A DNA stretch of 64,000 nucleotides from Spirochaetia bacterium (GTDB lineage Bacteria; Spirochaetota; Spirochaetia; DSM-27196; Salinispiraceae). The number at the start of each line of letters is the position of its first letter. Within the stretch, counting starts at the first letter, position 1. Shown piece by piece: positions 9,649 to 19,908 of the stretch. The position numbers and the translations under genes are program-made. The stretch lies in assembly GCA_038204425.1 (NCBI GenBank), contig JBBRCZ010000010.1, positions 46,302-110,301 on the forward strand, in the 5' to 3' direction. The notes under the pieces were generated by a model. The model had not been told where the DNA came from, made no database searches, and was given only the letters and a program-made list of their open reading frames with translations.

Positions 9649-10593
9649 ATTAGTCTGAGTCCTTGTTGCTGACGGAATTTTTTCGCAGGCAGCTAAGTTT
9701 TGGCCAATAAAACGCCAGAAGTTGCCTTCCTGTTTAAAAAACTGCCCTGGTATGGCTAGATCCCTGCCATCTTCGCCATGCAAGTAAACCAAATGATTGA
9801 GTATATTGACTTCTCTGACCCTAAACTTGATCGACTCGATATCAAAATTACAGCCTTCACTTGGCAAACTTCGTCTTTCGTTACGATAGGCCTCGTATTC
9901 ATAGGCTAGACAACAGAGCAGCCGACCGCAGGGGCCCGAAATTTTAATGGAATTGAGACTCAAATTTTGCGTCTTGGCCATCTTGATTGATACCGGTTGC
10001 AGTTTGTCACTGACACCACTACAACATAAAACACGACCACACACCGCCTTGCCACCGACAATCCGGCTCTCGTCGCGGACGCCGATTTGGCGCAGTTCAA
10101 TACGCATGTGAAAAACAGCCACCAAGTCTTTGACCAGTTCTCTAAAATCCACTCGGTTCTCACTGGTAAAAAAGAAGACAATCTTTGGCTCTTCCAACAT
10201 GACGTGTACCGTAACCAACTTCATATCCAAATGATGTTCTTCGATCTTCTTGCGGCATACATCAAAGGCGTGCGCGGCCTTGTCGAGGTTTAGTTGATGA
10301 TTATTGAGGTCTTGTTCGTTTGCCTTTCTGACAATATGGTGAACTTCTTCCCACTTATAACTGTTTTCTGACTTAATTCGCCCGAGTACCAGTCCAAGAT
10401 CCAGACCATTTTTTGTCTGCACCAATACTGCATCCTGATACGTGAGTTCTTGGTCACCAGGAACGCAGAGCAATGACTCATTGGTTTGATAAACTTTTAC
10501 CAAATAGTAGACATCACTTTGATCGTGCTCATGCTTAACGTTGGTATCGAATTCTTCAGGATCAACTTCGGTACTATCAAACTCTTCTTTCAT
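9640..10593 (-). CDS. ricT: PSP1-domain regulatory Fe-S protein (RicT/YaaT family)
   Basis: RVDFRELVKDL, RIELRQIGVRDE, CGRVLCC, KISGPCGRLLCCLAYE. Confidence 0.9.
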   Translation of the reverse strand: MKEEFDSTEVDPEEFDTNVKHEHDQSDVYYLVKVYQTNESLLCVPGDQELTYQDAVLVQTKNGLDLGLVLGRIKSENSYKWEEVHHIVRKANEQDLNNHQLNLDKAAHAFDVCRKKIEEHHLDMKLVTVHVMLEEPKIVFFFTSENRVDFRELVKDLVAVFHMRIELRQIGVRDESRIVGGKAVCGRVLCCSGVSDKLQPVSIKMAKTQNLSLNSIKISGPCGRLLCCLAYEYEAYRNERRSLPSEGCNFDIESIKFRVREVNILNHLVYLHGEDGRDLAIPGQFFKQEGNFWRFIGQNLAACEKIPSATRTQTNLL

Positions 10594-10622
10594 AAAAAAT
10601 CCTTACAGTAAAAACAATAAAT

Positions 10623-11126
10623 CTAGTGCAGAAGGTCAACAAGTAGTCCTTGCAGCTCTTCAAGTTTAGTTAGCAGGTCTATCTGTTTAACCTGGGTCTG
10701 TAATACACCTACGACGAGCTTCTCAAGTTTTTCATCAATTACCCGCAAAATAAGATACTTTTTTTGCTGGAGAATATTCCGGCTTGAAATCTGCTCCTCT
10801 AGCTCCATGCCATTGTTCAGATAATCCATCAACAGTTTTTTTACAGCTGCCTTATATGCCTTGATAGTTTCCATACTTTGACGTTTGGTTAATTGTTGTC
10901 CCAAGGAATGAATTTCGTCAAGTTGCTTGCCTATTTCTGCTTCTCGATCAGCCTCTTTTTGTAACAATGCGGCAGAATTGTCTATATCGCCGTTCTCTTC
11001 TGACTTGCCTAGTAGTGAAAAAAATGACGAGGTAGGCAATTTTTTCTTTTTTTCTGACTTTTGCTTTTCGTTAGCTACTAAGTCACTGCGCACAAAGGGC
11101 AATCCCTGATTGTCTACCGGTTTCAT
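10623..11126 (-). CDS. YaaR/DUF327 family protein
   Basis: Helical protein ending IDEKLEKL..Q..LL.KLEELQGLLVDL; adjacent to ricT. Confidence 0.8.
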   Translation of the reverse strand: MKPVDNQGLPFVRSDLVANEKQKSEKKKKLPTSSFFSLLGKSEENGDIDNSAALLQKEADREAEIGKQLDEIHSLGQQLTKRQSMETIKAYKAAVKKLLMDYLNNGMELEEQISSRNILQQKKYLILRVIDEKLEKLVVGVLQTQVKQIDLLTKLEELQGLLVDLLH

Positions 11127-11132
11127 TAAAAA

Positions 11133-11594
11133 TTAGTCAGCTTTTTGTTTGTTGCCAGAACGAGTGGCCGAAAAAATCGACCTTGTGGTCTTGGAGCTGG
11201 TTCGACGAAAAGCTTTTTGTTCGTGGGCTTCACTAGCATCGTCGGCGTCGGTTCGTTCTTCATTCTTGGCGCCTGGAACGAGCAATGCCCCGTCGAGGAT
11301 AACACCTTCCTCAACCACTAAACGCGGCGAAAAAATGCTGCCCATGACGACTGCACTTGAGAGCAGGACAACCTTTTCACTTGCATAGATGGTACCTTTA
11401 AAAATGCCACCTACCACTACCGTGTGTGCATCAATCACACATTCCGCTCTGCCTTGAGATCCCAAAAGTACTTTGCCTTTAATTTTTATACTGCCAGAAC
11501 AGTCACCATCGATGCGCAAGAGTCCGTCAATTTCGATGTCACCGGAAAACTTGCTGTTGTGCCCGATGATTGAGTTGATGATATGTTCATCCAT
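11133..11594 (-). CDS. Bactofilin (polymer-forming cytoskeletal protein)
   Basis: SIIG..FSGDIEIDGLLRIDG..VVVGG.FKGTI..LVVEEGVILDG. Confidence 0.92.
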   Translation of the reverse strand: MDEHIINSIIGHNSKFSGDIEIDGLLRIDGDCSGSIKIKGKVLLGSQGRAECVIDAHTVVVGGIFKGTIYASEKVVLLSSAVVMGSIFSPRLVVEEGVILDGALLVPGAKNEERTDADDASEAHEQKAFRRTSSKTTRSIFSATRSGNKQKAD

Positions 11595-11612
11595 ATTTTG
11601 TAAACCAAACTT

Positions 11613-12596
11613 TCAAGGTGATTCAACCTTAAGGGTGCTTGGGTCAGTAGTACTGACCTTTAGGAAACTCGATGGATCCAAAATTTGTGTACCAATCATA
11701 ATCTGAAAATCGACATGGAAACCTGTGGAAAGACCAGTGGTACCCATGGTTCCAATACGCTGACCCTGGTAAACTTCATCTCCTGGCTTTACTAAAAAAC
11801 TACCCAAGTGCGAATAGCGCGTTCTAAATCCATATTTGTGCTCAATGACAATATAGGCGCCAAACTCTTGATTGGCATCGTAAGAGGCTTCGATCACCTT
11901 GCCATTGGCACTTGCTACCACCGTAAGAGCAAAGGGCCCGTTAATGTCGATGCCTTTGTGAATAAACCAATTGTCAGAAACCGGATGTCGGTTAGGTCCA
12001 AACTCCATCGCCACCGAAGCGTTGCCGCCTGATACCGGCCACAAATTAGGAATGTCAGACAAGAGGCGTTTTTGCGTAGCAAGAACCTGACTGATTTGTT
12101 CAAGCGGTGCCAATGATTGGGCGAGTGAGCGACTAAGTGATTTAATCTCAAAGATTTCTCTGATTTCATTGGAGCTGAGTTCTTGCACATTGCTTAGGCT
12201 GGCGAGATCACCCTCGCTCGTCTTTGCGTCACGACTTGACTTTAGCTCTATACCAAGCTCTTGCAAAGTTCGCCCTAAAGACGTGTTCCAACCCTGGTAC
12301 GTCCGTTCTAGCTCGTTGGTTTCCTTGATGACTTGTTCGAGCACAGCATTTGAAACTAGAAGGCTCTGATTCTTCTTGCTGATTTCTTGTTGGTTGCCGG
12401 AATAAACAGTTACAGAATATATAAAAAGAGCAAGTAGTGCAAAAAAAGCGATCGACAGCAAACCTGCCCAGGTACCACCAACTTTAAGGTTAACTACTTT
12501 TTGGTCAGAGTGAGGTATTATCATAATTGAAAAACGAGTCTTACCTAGCGATTTGAGCATCTGTAGAATACTTCGTTTTTCTTGCTTTTTATCCAT
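11613..12596 (-). CDS. M23/LytM family metallopeptidase with N-terminal TM and coiled coil
   Basis: WPV, HKGID, YSHL, V..G..IG.MG.TGLSTG.H; start ATG 12596 behind GAGGT. Confidence 0.9.
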   Translation of the reverse strand: MDKKQEKRSILQMLKSLGKTRFSIMIIPHSDQKVVNLKVGGTWAGLLSIAFFALLALFIYSVTVYSGNQQEISKKNQSLLVSNAVLEQVIKETNELERTYQGWNTSLGRTLQELGIELKSSRDAKTSEGDLASLSNVQELSSNEIREIFEIKSLSRSLAQSLAPLEQISQVLATQKRLLSDIPNLWPVSGGNASVAMEFGPNRHPVSDNWFIHKGIDINGPFALTVVASANGKVIEASYDANQEFGAYIVIEHKYGFRTRYSHLGSFLVKPGDEVYQGQRIGTMGTTGLSTGFHVDFQIMIGTQILDPSSFLKVSTTDPSTLKVESP

Positions 12597-12716
12597 CGCA
12601 ACCTCGGCCCGCATTAAAAAAAATTAGCACAGTATCAAAATGACTTTCAAATATAACACAAAAGACAAATAAGAGTACCTTTTGGATCCGTATTTTGCTT
12701 AGTTTTCGTTTGTTTA

Positions 12717-12745
12717 TTGACGTGCACCTGCGCACATGTTATGTT
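12717..12745 (+). promoter_or_regulatory. Putative sigma70 promoter of tatD
   Basis: TTGACG-N17-TATGTT with extended TG. Confidence 0.6.
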
Positions 12746-12794
12746 TTAAAGACTACTCATCGAGTATTTATTACAATCCGAATTGGAAATCATC

Positions 12795-13574
12795 ATGCGT
12801 TTATTTGATACTCATGCACATATCGGTCTGATCCACGAAGACCCAATCGAACAGTTTATTATTACTCAAGAAGCCAAGCAGGCGGGCGTTGAGGCGATCA
12901 TATCGATCAGCAATAATTTGCATGATTTTTTTATTATTCACCAAAATCTCAAGTCGGCGCACAATATCTACCACGCTGTTGGCGTCTCACCCTCCGAGGT
13001 CCAGAACCCCGGACTTAACTGGGAAGAACAAATCGAAAAGGGACTGACTTTAGAAAATGTTGTCGCTGTTGGTGAAACTGGGCTAGACTACTTCCGTCGA
13101 TTTGGCGACAAAAATAGTCAAATTGAACTTTTTATCAATCAACTCGAGATTGCTCGCAAACACTCCTTGCCGGTAATTATTCACAATCGAGAAGCTGGAG
13201 CCGACGTCTTGGATATTCTGCGCGAACGTATTCCACCAAAGGGCGGAGTTTTGCACTGTTATAGCGAAGACTGGCCCTACGCAAAAAAGGCCTTAGAACT
13301 CAATCTCTACTTATCTTTCGCTGGCAACGTCACTTACCGCAATGCCCGTAACTTGCACGACACGGCTCGAAACATCCCCTTAGAAAGGATGGTAATTGAG
13401 AGTGAAAGTCCCTTTATGGTACCTTCTGAGTATCGAGGAAAACGCAACAAACCTTCTTATTTACATTCAACGCTTGAGTTCCTTGCTGATCTTCGCGGCA
13501 TCGATCCGGAAGAACTGGCCATTATAACTACCAAGAACGCCTGTTCGTTATTTGGCATTCCATTTAAGGACTGA
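12795..13574 (+). CDS. tatD: TatD family hydrolase/DNase
   Basis: DTHAH, AVGETGLDY, PVIIHNREA, VLHCYS. Confidence 0.92.
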   Translation: MRLFDTHAHIGLIHEDPIEQFIITQEAKQAGVEAIISISNNLHDFFIIHQNLKSAHNIYHAVGVSPSEVQNPGLNWEEQIEKGLTLENVVAVGETGLDYFRRFGDKNSQIELFINQLEIARKHSLPVIIHNREAGADVLDILRERIPPKGGVLHCYSEDWPYAKKALELNLYLSFAGNVTYRNARNLHDTARNIPLERMVIESESPFMVPSEYRGKRNKPSYLHSTLEFLADLRGIDPEELAIITTKNACSLFGIPFKD

Positions 13575-13635
13575 AGCCGCAATTGGGGTCAAGTGCACCT
13601 TGACCCTTGCCAATGCGCGGTGATATACCAGCTCT

Positions 13636-15114
13636 GTGAACGCCACAAACCATACGCAAGAACAAGAGCAGAATCAAGAACAGGATCCTGGAAAACCCGG
13701 CCACTTTTGTGGTGTGGTGGGTATTCACTCGATCACACCCATCAATATTCCGGCTACGCTCTTCTTTCCACTTTTTTCGATCCAACATAGAGGACAAGAA
13801 AGTGCAGGAATAGCTTACCAAAAGGAAGCCGAGACGGTGGTTTACAAAGACTTGGGCATGGTATCTCAGGTGCTATCACACTATCTAAACACTGATAGAC
13901 CGGGAACTACGGGTATTGGGCACGTACGGTACTCTACCCATGGCGGCAACAAAGTTGAAAACGCTCAACCACTCTTGGTCAAATGCAACAAGGGACAAAT
14001 AGCGCTTGCTCACAATGGTAACCTAACCAATACTACTGAACTAAAGCAAAAATTGTTTGCCGAAGGCTCAATTTTTCAGACAAGTTCTGATTCAGAACTT
14101 TTTTTGCACCTTATTTCTCGTTCGTTACAAGGTAACTTTAGAGAAGCTCTGATGGAGACGCTCAATATAGTAAAGGGCGCCTTCTCCTTGGCGTTGATGC
14201 ACGAAGATACTCTCTATGCCGTCAGAGATCCTTGGGGATTTAGACCACTGCATATCGGCTGGAAAGATGATATGACCGTTATCGCCAGCGAAACCTGCGC
14301 CTTGGACATCCTAAACGTTAAGGAATATCGCAGCATTCAACCCGGCGAAGTGATTGAAATCGACAAAAAAGGTGCTCGGTCTTACTTTTTGCCCAAACCA
14401 GAAAACAGTCAACAATGTGTCTTTGAAATGATTTACTTTGCTCGCCCCGACAGCAAAGTATTTGACCACTCAGTACACCTGCAAAGAAAACTCATGGGCG
14501 CTGCACTGGCAAAATCTGACATAGAACTGCACAAGAATGGCATACCAGGTACTGATGTCGTGGTGGCTGTTCCTGATTCTGGAATAAGTGCAGCGCTTGG
14601 ATATGCCGAACAGTCTGGCATTCCTTACGATGTTGGTCTCACCAGAAATCACTACACAGGAAGATCTTTTATAATGCCAACCAAGGCCGAAAGAGAAATG
14701 GTTGTCAAAATGAAGCTAAACCCTGTCAGAGAAGTGGTAGCTGGGAAACGAGTTTTCTTGATTGACGACTCCTTGGTTCGTGGTGTGACTGCTAAACTGC
14801 TCGTCAAACTTTTGCGAGAAGCAGGTGCGAGCGAAATTCACCTACGGCTAAGCTCGCCAGAGATCCGCTGGCCATGTTTTTTTGGCATCGACATCCCTAC
14901 CCGACAAGAACTGATTTCAAACAGTATGACGCCACAAAAAATTGCAGAATTTGTCGGCGCTAACAGCGTTGCTTTTTTGTCATTAAAAGACCTCAAAGCC
15001 ACCGTTAAGACTCCAGGAAACTTTTGTTATTCGTGTTTTAATGGCGAGTACTGCATGTCAGTCCCCCTTCGAAAAGATGAACTACTCTTTGAACGCGATA
15101 GTGAGGCTGACTAA
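13636..15114 (+). CDS. purF: Amidophosphoribosyltransferase
   Basis: CGVVG, QHRGQESAG, GHVRYST, HNGNL, CVFEMIYFARPDS, IDDSLVRG, C-terminal CxxC. Confidence 0.97.
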   Translation: MNATNHTQEQEQNQEQDPGKPGHFCGVVGIHSITPINIPATLFFPLFSIQHRGQESAGIAYQKEAETVVYKDLGMVSQVLSHYLNTDRPGTTGIGHVRYSTHGGNKVENAQPLLVKCNKGQIALAHNGNLTNTTELKQKLFAEGSIFQTSSDSELFLHLISRSLQGNFREALMETLNIVKGAFSLALMHEDTLYAVRDPWGFRPLHIGWKDDMTVIASETCALDILNVKEYRSIQPGEVIEIDKKGARSYFLPKPENSQQCVFEMIYFARPDSKVFDHSVHLQRKLMGAALAKSDIELHKNGIPGTDVVVAVPDSGISAALGYAEQSGIPYDVGLTRNHYTGRSFIMPTKAEREMVVKMKLNPVREVVAGKRVFLIDDSLVRGVTAKLLVKLLREAGASEIHLRLSSPEIRWPCFFGIDIPTRQELISNSMTPQKIAEFVGANSVAFLSLKDLKATVKTPGNFCYSCFNGEYCMSVPLRKDELLFERDSEAD

Positions 15115-15116
15115 AA

Positions 15117-15707
15117 TTGGCACATATTGCAGTCTTTGCTTCGGGTCGTGGAACTAATTTCATTGCCTTACACAACTATTTTTTAAATAATCCCAGTCAA
15201 ATAGATATCGCCTGCTTGGTAAGCGACGTTCCTGATTGCGGGGCTTTGACCTACGCCAAAAGCAAGGGCATACCAAGTATAGTGCTTGACTATTCCTCTC
15301 ATAAGCGCGGCCAGGTAGAAGCCTACCTCAAGCAAGAACTGGCCAGATACTCACCAGATCTACTAGTGCTGGCGGGCTTCATGCGCATTATTGGAAAGAC
15401 CTTACTAGAGGCCTGGCCACATAAGATTATCAATATCCACCCTAGCTTACTGCCCCGTCACGCTGGCTCACATGGCATTAGAGACAGCTATGACTCGGGT
15501 GATAGATTTGTTGGCATAAGCATTCACTATGTCGATGCGGGAATTGATACCGGCCCTATCATTTTGCAAAAAAGCTTTGAGCGAGACAAAAATGACAGTC
15601 TGGTGCAGTTAGAAGAAAAAATTCACTTACTTGAACATGAATGGTACCCCAAAATTGTACACCATATACTTGATCCTCAAAACCAAACTTTGCGAGGCAC
15701 AACATGA
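15117..15707 (+). CDS. purN: Phosphoribosylglycinamide formyltransferase
   Basis: VFASGRGTNF, LAGFMRI, INIHPSLLP, HYVDAGIDTGPII. Confidence 0.97.
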   Translation: MAHIAVFASGRGTNFIALHNYFLNNPSQIDIACLVSDVPDCGALTYAKSKGIPSIVLDYSSHKRGQVEAYLKQELARYSPDLLVLAGFMRIIGKTLLEAWPHKIINIHPSLLPRHAGSHGIRDSYDSGDRFVGISIHYVDAGIDTGPIILQKSFERDKNDSLVQLEEKIHLLEHEWYPKIVHHILDPQNQTLRGTT

Positions 15708-16969
15708 AGGTTCTGATAGTTGGAAATGGCGGCAGAGAACATGCGTTGGCATGGAAGTTTTCACAAAGCAAGAGGATTACTGGCCTGTATTGCGTGCCAG
15801 GAAATGCCGGCACAGCTGACCTTGGTCAAAATATGGATCATCTATCGTTAAACGATATCGATGGCATCGTAAATGCTGCCAAGGTGCTCGAAATAGATTT
15901 GGTCTTTGTCGGTCCTGAGGCAGCACTTGCTGATGGACTATGCGACAAGCTGAGCAAGGTGGGCATAAGAGCCGTAGGTCCAGACGCCAGATGTGCCCAA
16001 CTGGAGTCATCTAAAACTTTTAGCAAAGATTTTTTAAATCGAAACAGAATTCCCACTGCGATCGCCAAAACCTTTAAGCCGGGCCAATTAGCGCAGCTGC
16101 AAGACTTTTTGAACCAGAACCCCAACAAACCCTGGGTTGTCAAAAAAAGCGGCCTCGCAGCCGGTAAAGGCGTTTTGGAATCTGACAATACAGAAGAGTT
16201 ACTTAGCTTTGCCAAAGAACATATGGCCGATGACGAGGTTCTTATTGAAGAATATCTGCGCGGATATGAAGTTAGCATTTTTACTATTAGTGACGGAATT
16301 TCCTATAAAGTTTTGCCAGCTGCGGCTGACTACAAGAAGGCCGGAGAAGGGAACACCGGACCCAATACCGGTGGTATGGGAGCTATCTGCCCTGTACCTT
16401 GGTTGACCAAAGCCAGTCTCGACTTAATAAGTAAGGAAGTGATAGCGCCTACTTTTGATGCCTTAACTAAAGACAATCTGATGTATAAGGGTATTCTCTA
16501 CTTTGGTATTATGGTCTGCGCTGACGGACCAAAGGTGCTGGAATTTAACGTACGCTTTGGCGACCCAGAGGCCCAAGTGCTCATTCCGCTGATTGAAACC
16601 GACTTTTGTGACCTATTTGGCGCGGTTGCCGACGGTCAACTTGATAAACTATCACTCAAAATATCGCAAAAGTCGGCCTTGGCCGTAGTAGTGGCTGCGC
16701 CAGGTTACCCCGGTGACTACCCTAAGCATTTGCCTGTAAAGCTCGACTTTATAAACCATGAAACTGACCGCTTTGTATTTCATGCTTCTACATTAAACGA
16801 GGGCAAGAATCTGCTCACCAATGGCGGGCGCTGCTTTACTTTGGTTGGATTAGGGACTGACCACCTGCGCGCCGCTGAGTCTGCCTACAGTTTAGAGAAT
16901 AAGCTAGAATTTGAAGGTGCTTGGACGAGACCAGATATTGGTTCAAACGTCTATTCACAAAAGTTTTAG
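15704..16969 (+). CDS. purD: Phosphoribosylamine--glycine ligase
   Basis: GNGGREHALAW, GLAAGKGV, GPNTGGMGA, EFNVRFGDPE, TNGGR. Confidence 0.98.
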   Translation: MKVLIVGNGGREHALAWKFSQSKRITGLYCVPGNAGTADLGQNMDHLSLNDIDGIVNAAKVLEIDLVFVGPEAALADGLCDKLSKVGIRAVGPDARCAQLESSKTFSKDFLNRNRIPTAIAKTFKPGQLAQLQDFLNQNPNKPWVVKKSGLAAGKGVLESDNTEELLSFAKEHMADDEVLIEEYLRGYEVSIFTISDGISYKVLPAAADYKKAGEGNTGPNTGGMGAICPVPWLTKASLDLISKEVIAPTFDALTKDNLMYKGILYFGIMVCADGPKVLEFNVRFGDPEAQVLIPLIETDFCDLFGAVADGQLDKLSLKISQKSALAVVVAAPGYPGDYPKHLPVKLDFINHETDRFVFHASTLNEGKNLLTNGGRCFTLVGLGTDHLRAAESAYSLENKLEFEGAWTRPDIGSNVYSQKF

Positions 16970-16986
16970 TCTAAACTATCAAATCA

Positions 16987-17008
16987 AGCGGGCCCTTTAC
17001 GGCCCGCT
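16987..17008. terminator. GC-rich hairpin between convergent purD and the RCC1 lipoprotein gene
   Basis: AGCGGGCC-CTTTAC-GGCCCGCT; only a weak U tract. Confidence 0.55.
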
Positions 17009-17014
17009 GCTAAC

Positions 17015-18583
17015 TCAATCACTTATTTCAGGCGCAACCCAAGGCACTATCGTTATGCTCGCACCGTCAATAAGCACTGGGGTAAGTTGGTTTCCAGAGC
17101 TTTCACCAATACCTAAGAGCAACTTGTAACCCCAACCATATATCTGACCATTTCGCTTCATAGCCAAGGCACTTGAGTCCCCAGCACTTATCGCGACCCA
17201 ATCTGTGTCAGTGCCAATTCTGGTTGGGACGTTACGAAGAGTTGTATCGCCAAGGCCTAGTTGTCCAGAAGAATTATCACCCCAAGCCCAGAGGCTGCCA
17301 TCTGCTTGGATACCCACATTTGAAGTATTGCTGACACTTATAACTAGCCAGCGAGCCGAACCTAATTTTTGAGGTGTATCAACAAGAGGGACGTTATCAG
17401 TGTAGCCAAGTCCAAGTAAACCACTCCAATTGTTACCCCAGACCCAAAGACTGCCATCATTTTGAAGGGCAACTGAGTGTGTATCGGCATCAATATCTAC
17501 CCAAGTAGTTGCAGAGCCCACTTGACTTGGGGTCAAGGACACCGTAGTTGCGCCGATTCCTAGGCTTCCAACGGTATTTGTTCCCCATGCCCAGATAGTG
17601 CCATTGTTTTTGAGACCAAGGCTGTGCTCGAAACCAGCGCGAGCATTGCTCCAGTTGGTATCGGTCCCAACTTGGACAGGACTACTTTGAGGAGCTGTAG
17701 CACCAGTGCCAAGTCTGCCTCCGGTATCAAGGCCCCAAGCCCAGAGTGTAGAGACACTCGTAATGGCTAGACTAAAATTATCACCACCGGACAATTTGGA
17801 AAGACCGAAAAAACTACTTATCTGACCGGGACTATTTTCTGCTGTTCCGCTTATAGTGCCCTGACCCAATTGACCAGACTCATTGTTACCAGTGCTATAG
17901 ACTGACGTGGAATTAGTAGTAAACAGAGTGTGAGTATACGAAGTATTAATTAGTTCCCAATTTAGAGCGCCCTCCCCTTCATCCTTTTTGGGGAGCAAGG
18001 TAAAGGTATTAACAGCGTTGTAATTACCAAGACCCAAAGCACCACTACCACCGGAACCGGTAACATATACGTCTCCCGATGGGGTTTTGTATATGCTCGC
18101 ATAGGTGCCAGTCTCTAAGGCATAGCCTTGCGTTATGGGTCCAAAGTCGATGGTTATGTTGCTACTGGATAGAGCAGCAAAATTGCCGGTATAAGACGCA
18201 GTATACAGGGGAAGTTCACCTGCCAAAGCATATAACGCTACTTCAACTTCTCGTGTAGTGTCCCAAGTACCAAAATCTATCCTAGCGCTATTTTGACTGT
18301 TGAATGTCAAAAAATTTTCAAAGATAACCTGGGTCTCATCGGCCTCGTCCCAATAAAATAGCCGTGCCCAAATACGAGTTACCCTTCCGTCAAACAAGGG
18401 CGATGTGTCACCTGAAAATGGAAGAAAGTGCGCTGTTATCGTTACGCCTGGCGTCACGACAATGGTAGTAGTGGTACCATCGGTGAGAATTGAATTGGGG
18501 TCAGTACACGCAAGCAATAGCCCAAACGTTGCCGTTAGTATGAGCGTCACCAACAACGACAGTATTGTCTTCTTAATCCACAT
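17015..18583 (-). CDS. RCC1/BLIP-II repeat beta-propeller lipoprotein
   Basis: Signal peptide with lipobox LLLA-C; repeated [ND]G.[LI]WAWG.N..GQLG.G units; Ser/Thr/Gly-rich. Confidence 0.9.
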   Translation of the reverse strand: MWIKKTILSLLVTLILTATFGLLLACTDPNSILTDGTTTTIVVTPGVTITAHFLPFSGDTSPLFDGRVTRIWARLFYWDEADETQVIFENFLTFNSQNSARIDFGTWDTTREVEVALYALAGELPLYTASYTGNFAALSSSNITIDFGPITQGYALETGTYASIYKTPSGDVYVTGSGGSGALGLGNYNAVNTFTLLPKKDEGEGALNWELINTSYTHTLFTTNSTSVYSTGNNESGQLGQGTISGTAENSPGQISSFFGLSKLSGGDNFSLAITSVSTLWAWGLDTGGRLGTGATAPQSSPVQVGTDTNWSNARAGFEHSLGLKNNGTIWAWGTNTVGSLGIGATTVSLTPSQVGSATTWVDIDADTHSVALQNDGSLWVWGNNWSGLLGLGYTDNVPLVDTPQKLGSARWLVISVSNTSNVGIQADGSLWAWGDNSSGQLGLGDTTLRNVPTRIGTDTDWVAISAGDSSALAMKRNGQIYGWGYKLLLGIGESSGNQLTPVLIDGASITIVPWVAPEISD

Positions 18584-18683
18584 AAAGTTACTCCTAGACC
18601 AAATTCTAACATCAGACTATGGTATATTACCAATAAAGTCAAGTATTTAAAAAAAGTCAATTTAGCGATCTATCAAATTGTAC

Positions 18684-19834
18684 TCAGACGAGTTGGCTTT
18701 GGTTTTCTGGGTCGACCAATGGTAAGCTTAGCCAAAAGGAAGTGAATCCGGTCTGGCTTGAATCAAAACCCACCGTGCCACCAAGGTAGCGCTCACCAAA
18801 AATTTTCATAGAGTAGGTGCCAAGGCCACGGTCATTACCCTTAGTGGAGTAAGATCGTTGGAAGATTTGGCTCTGGGCAGCTAAAGATAACTCACCGGGG
18901 TTACATACTGCAAAGCGCATACAATTGATTTCCATGATCGCAGACACCGCTATGTGACTGCCAGTAGGGCTGGCCTCCAAGGCGTTAATAAGCATATTGA
19001 GTAGAATGCGCCTAAGGAGCCCAGGGTTTGACCACATGTGCCAATGCGAAGTCTAACTGTTGACAGAATGGATTCCAAAAACGGAAGCAAAGAAATGGCT
19101 TTCAAGCGGACCTCTAAGGCACCATCTTCGGCGTTCTGGACCTCGCGTTGAGCCTGAATTTCTTCAATAATTGCCTTACTTATTTGTTCAACGTCCTCAA
19201 GTAGGTGACGATTTTCATCGGCATTCTCATTCTTTCTGATGTAGTGTACTAAACCGTTGAGGCCACCAGCGATATTGAGGACATCGTGAAAGAATATCCG
19301 CTCCAACACAGACCGCCGTTTTTGGTCGCTGACGTCCACCATACTCACTGCCACATAGTGACGATCCTCCACATTGAGAGGAACGGCCCTAACCCGGAAG
19401 TCCATAAAGCTTTCGGGCCCATCTATCGTGCCTTTAAAAGTAATTCGGCTGTCCTGTTGGGAGGCCTGCTGTGTAGCCAAGCAAGCTTTTACCGTCTGTA
19501 CAACTCCGCAGTAGCGGCACGATAGTCCCTGCCCACAACCATCAGCTTGGCGGTAAGCGTGGATGCAGGCTAATGCTTCACCGGGCCGGGCACCTAAAAT
19601 GGTTCCCAAACCGCCCATCCCCAGATTAGTAAGAAGTTTATGATTTGCCATGACAATACGACGCTGGTCATCAAGAATCATGCCTAATTCTGGCATGGCT
19701 TCTAGTAGAGTTGTAAGTAGTGGCTGTTGGGACAGCTGCTTGAGATCTTCCTGTAGCTGGTAATTGTCCTTAATACGATCGATGATGATGTTTCGATTAG
19801 CTTCTTGTTCTGCTATGCTAACAAATTCTGCCAT
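18684..19834 (-). pseudogene. PAS-domain sensor histidine kinase, frameshifted near 19040
   Basis: ORF 18950-19834 has the PAS-like region and H-box FFHDVLN. ORF 18684-19037, in another frame, has the N box (NMLINALEAS) and F/G2 boxes (FQRSYSTKG..RGLGTY). Confidence 0.8.
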
Positions 19835-19908
19835 GGAGTGCCGCCTAATATAAGTGTAGGCTTGAGGCTATTGAACGTGCAATATACTAGTTGAGCAAAA
19901 AGCAGCGG

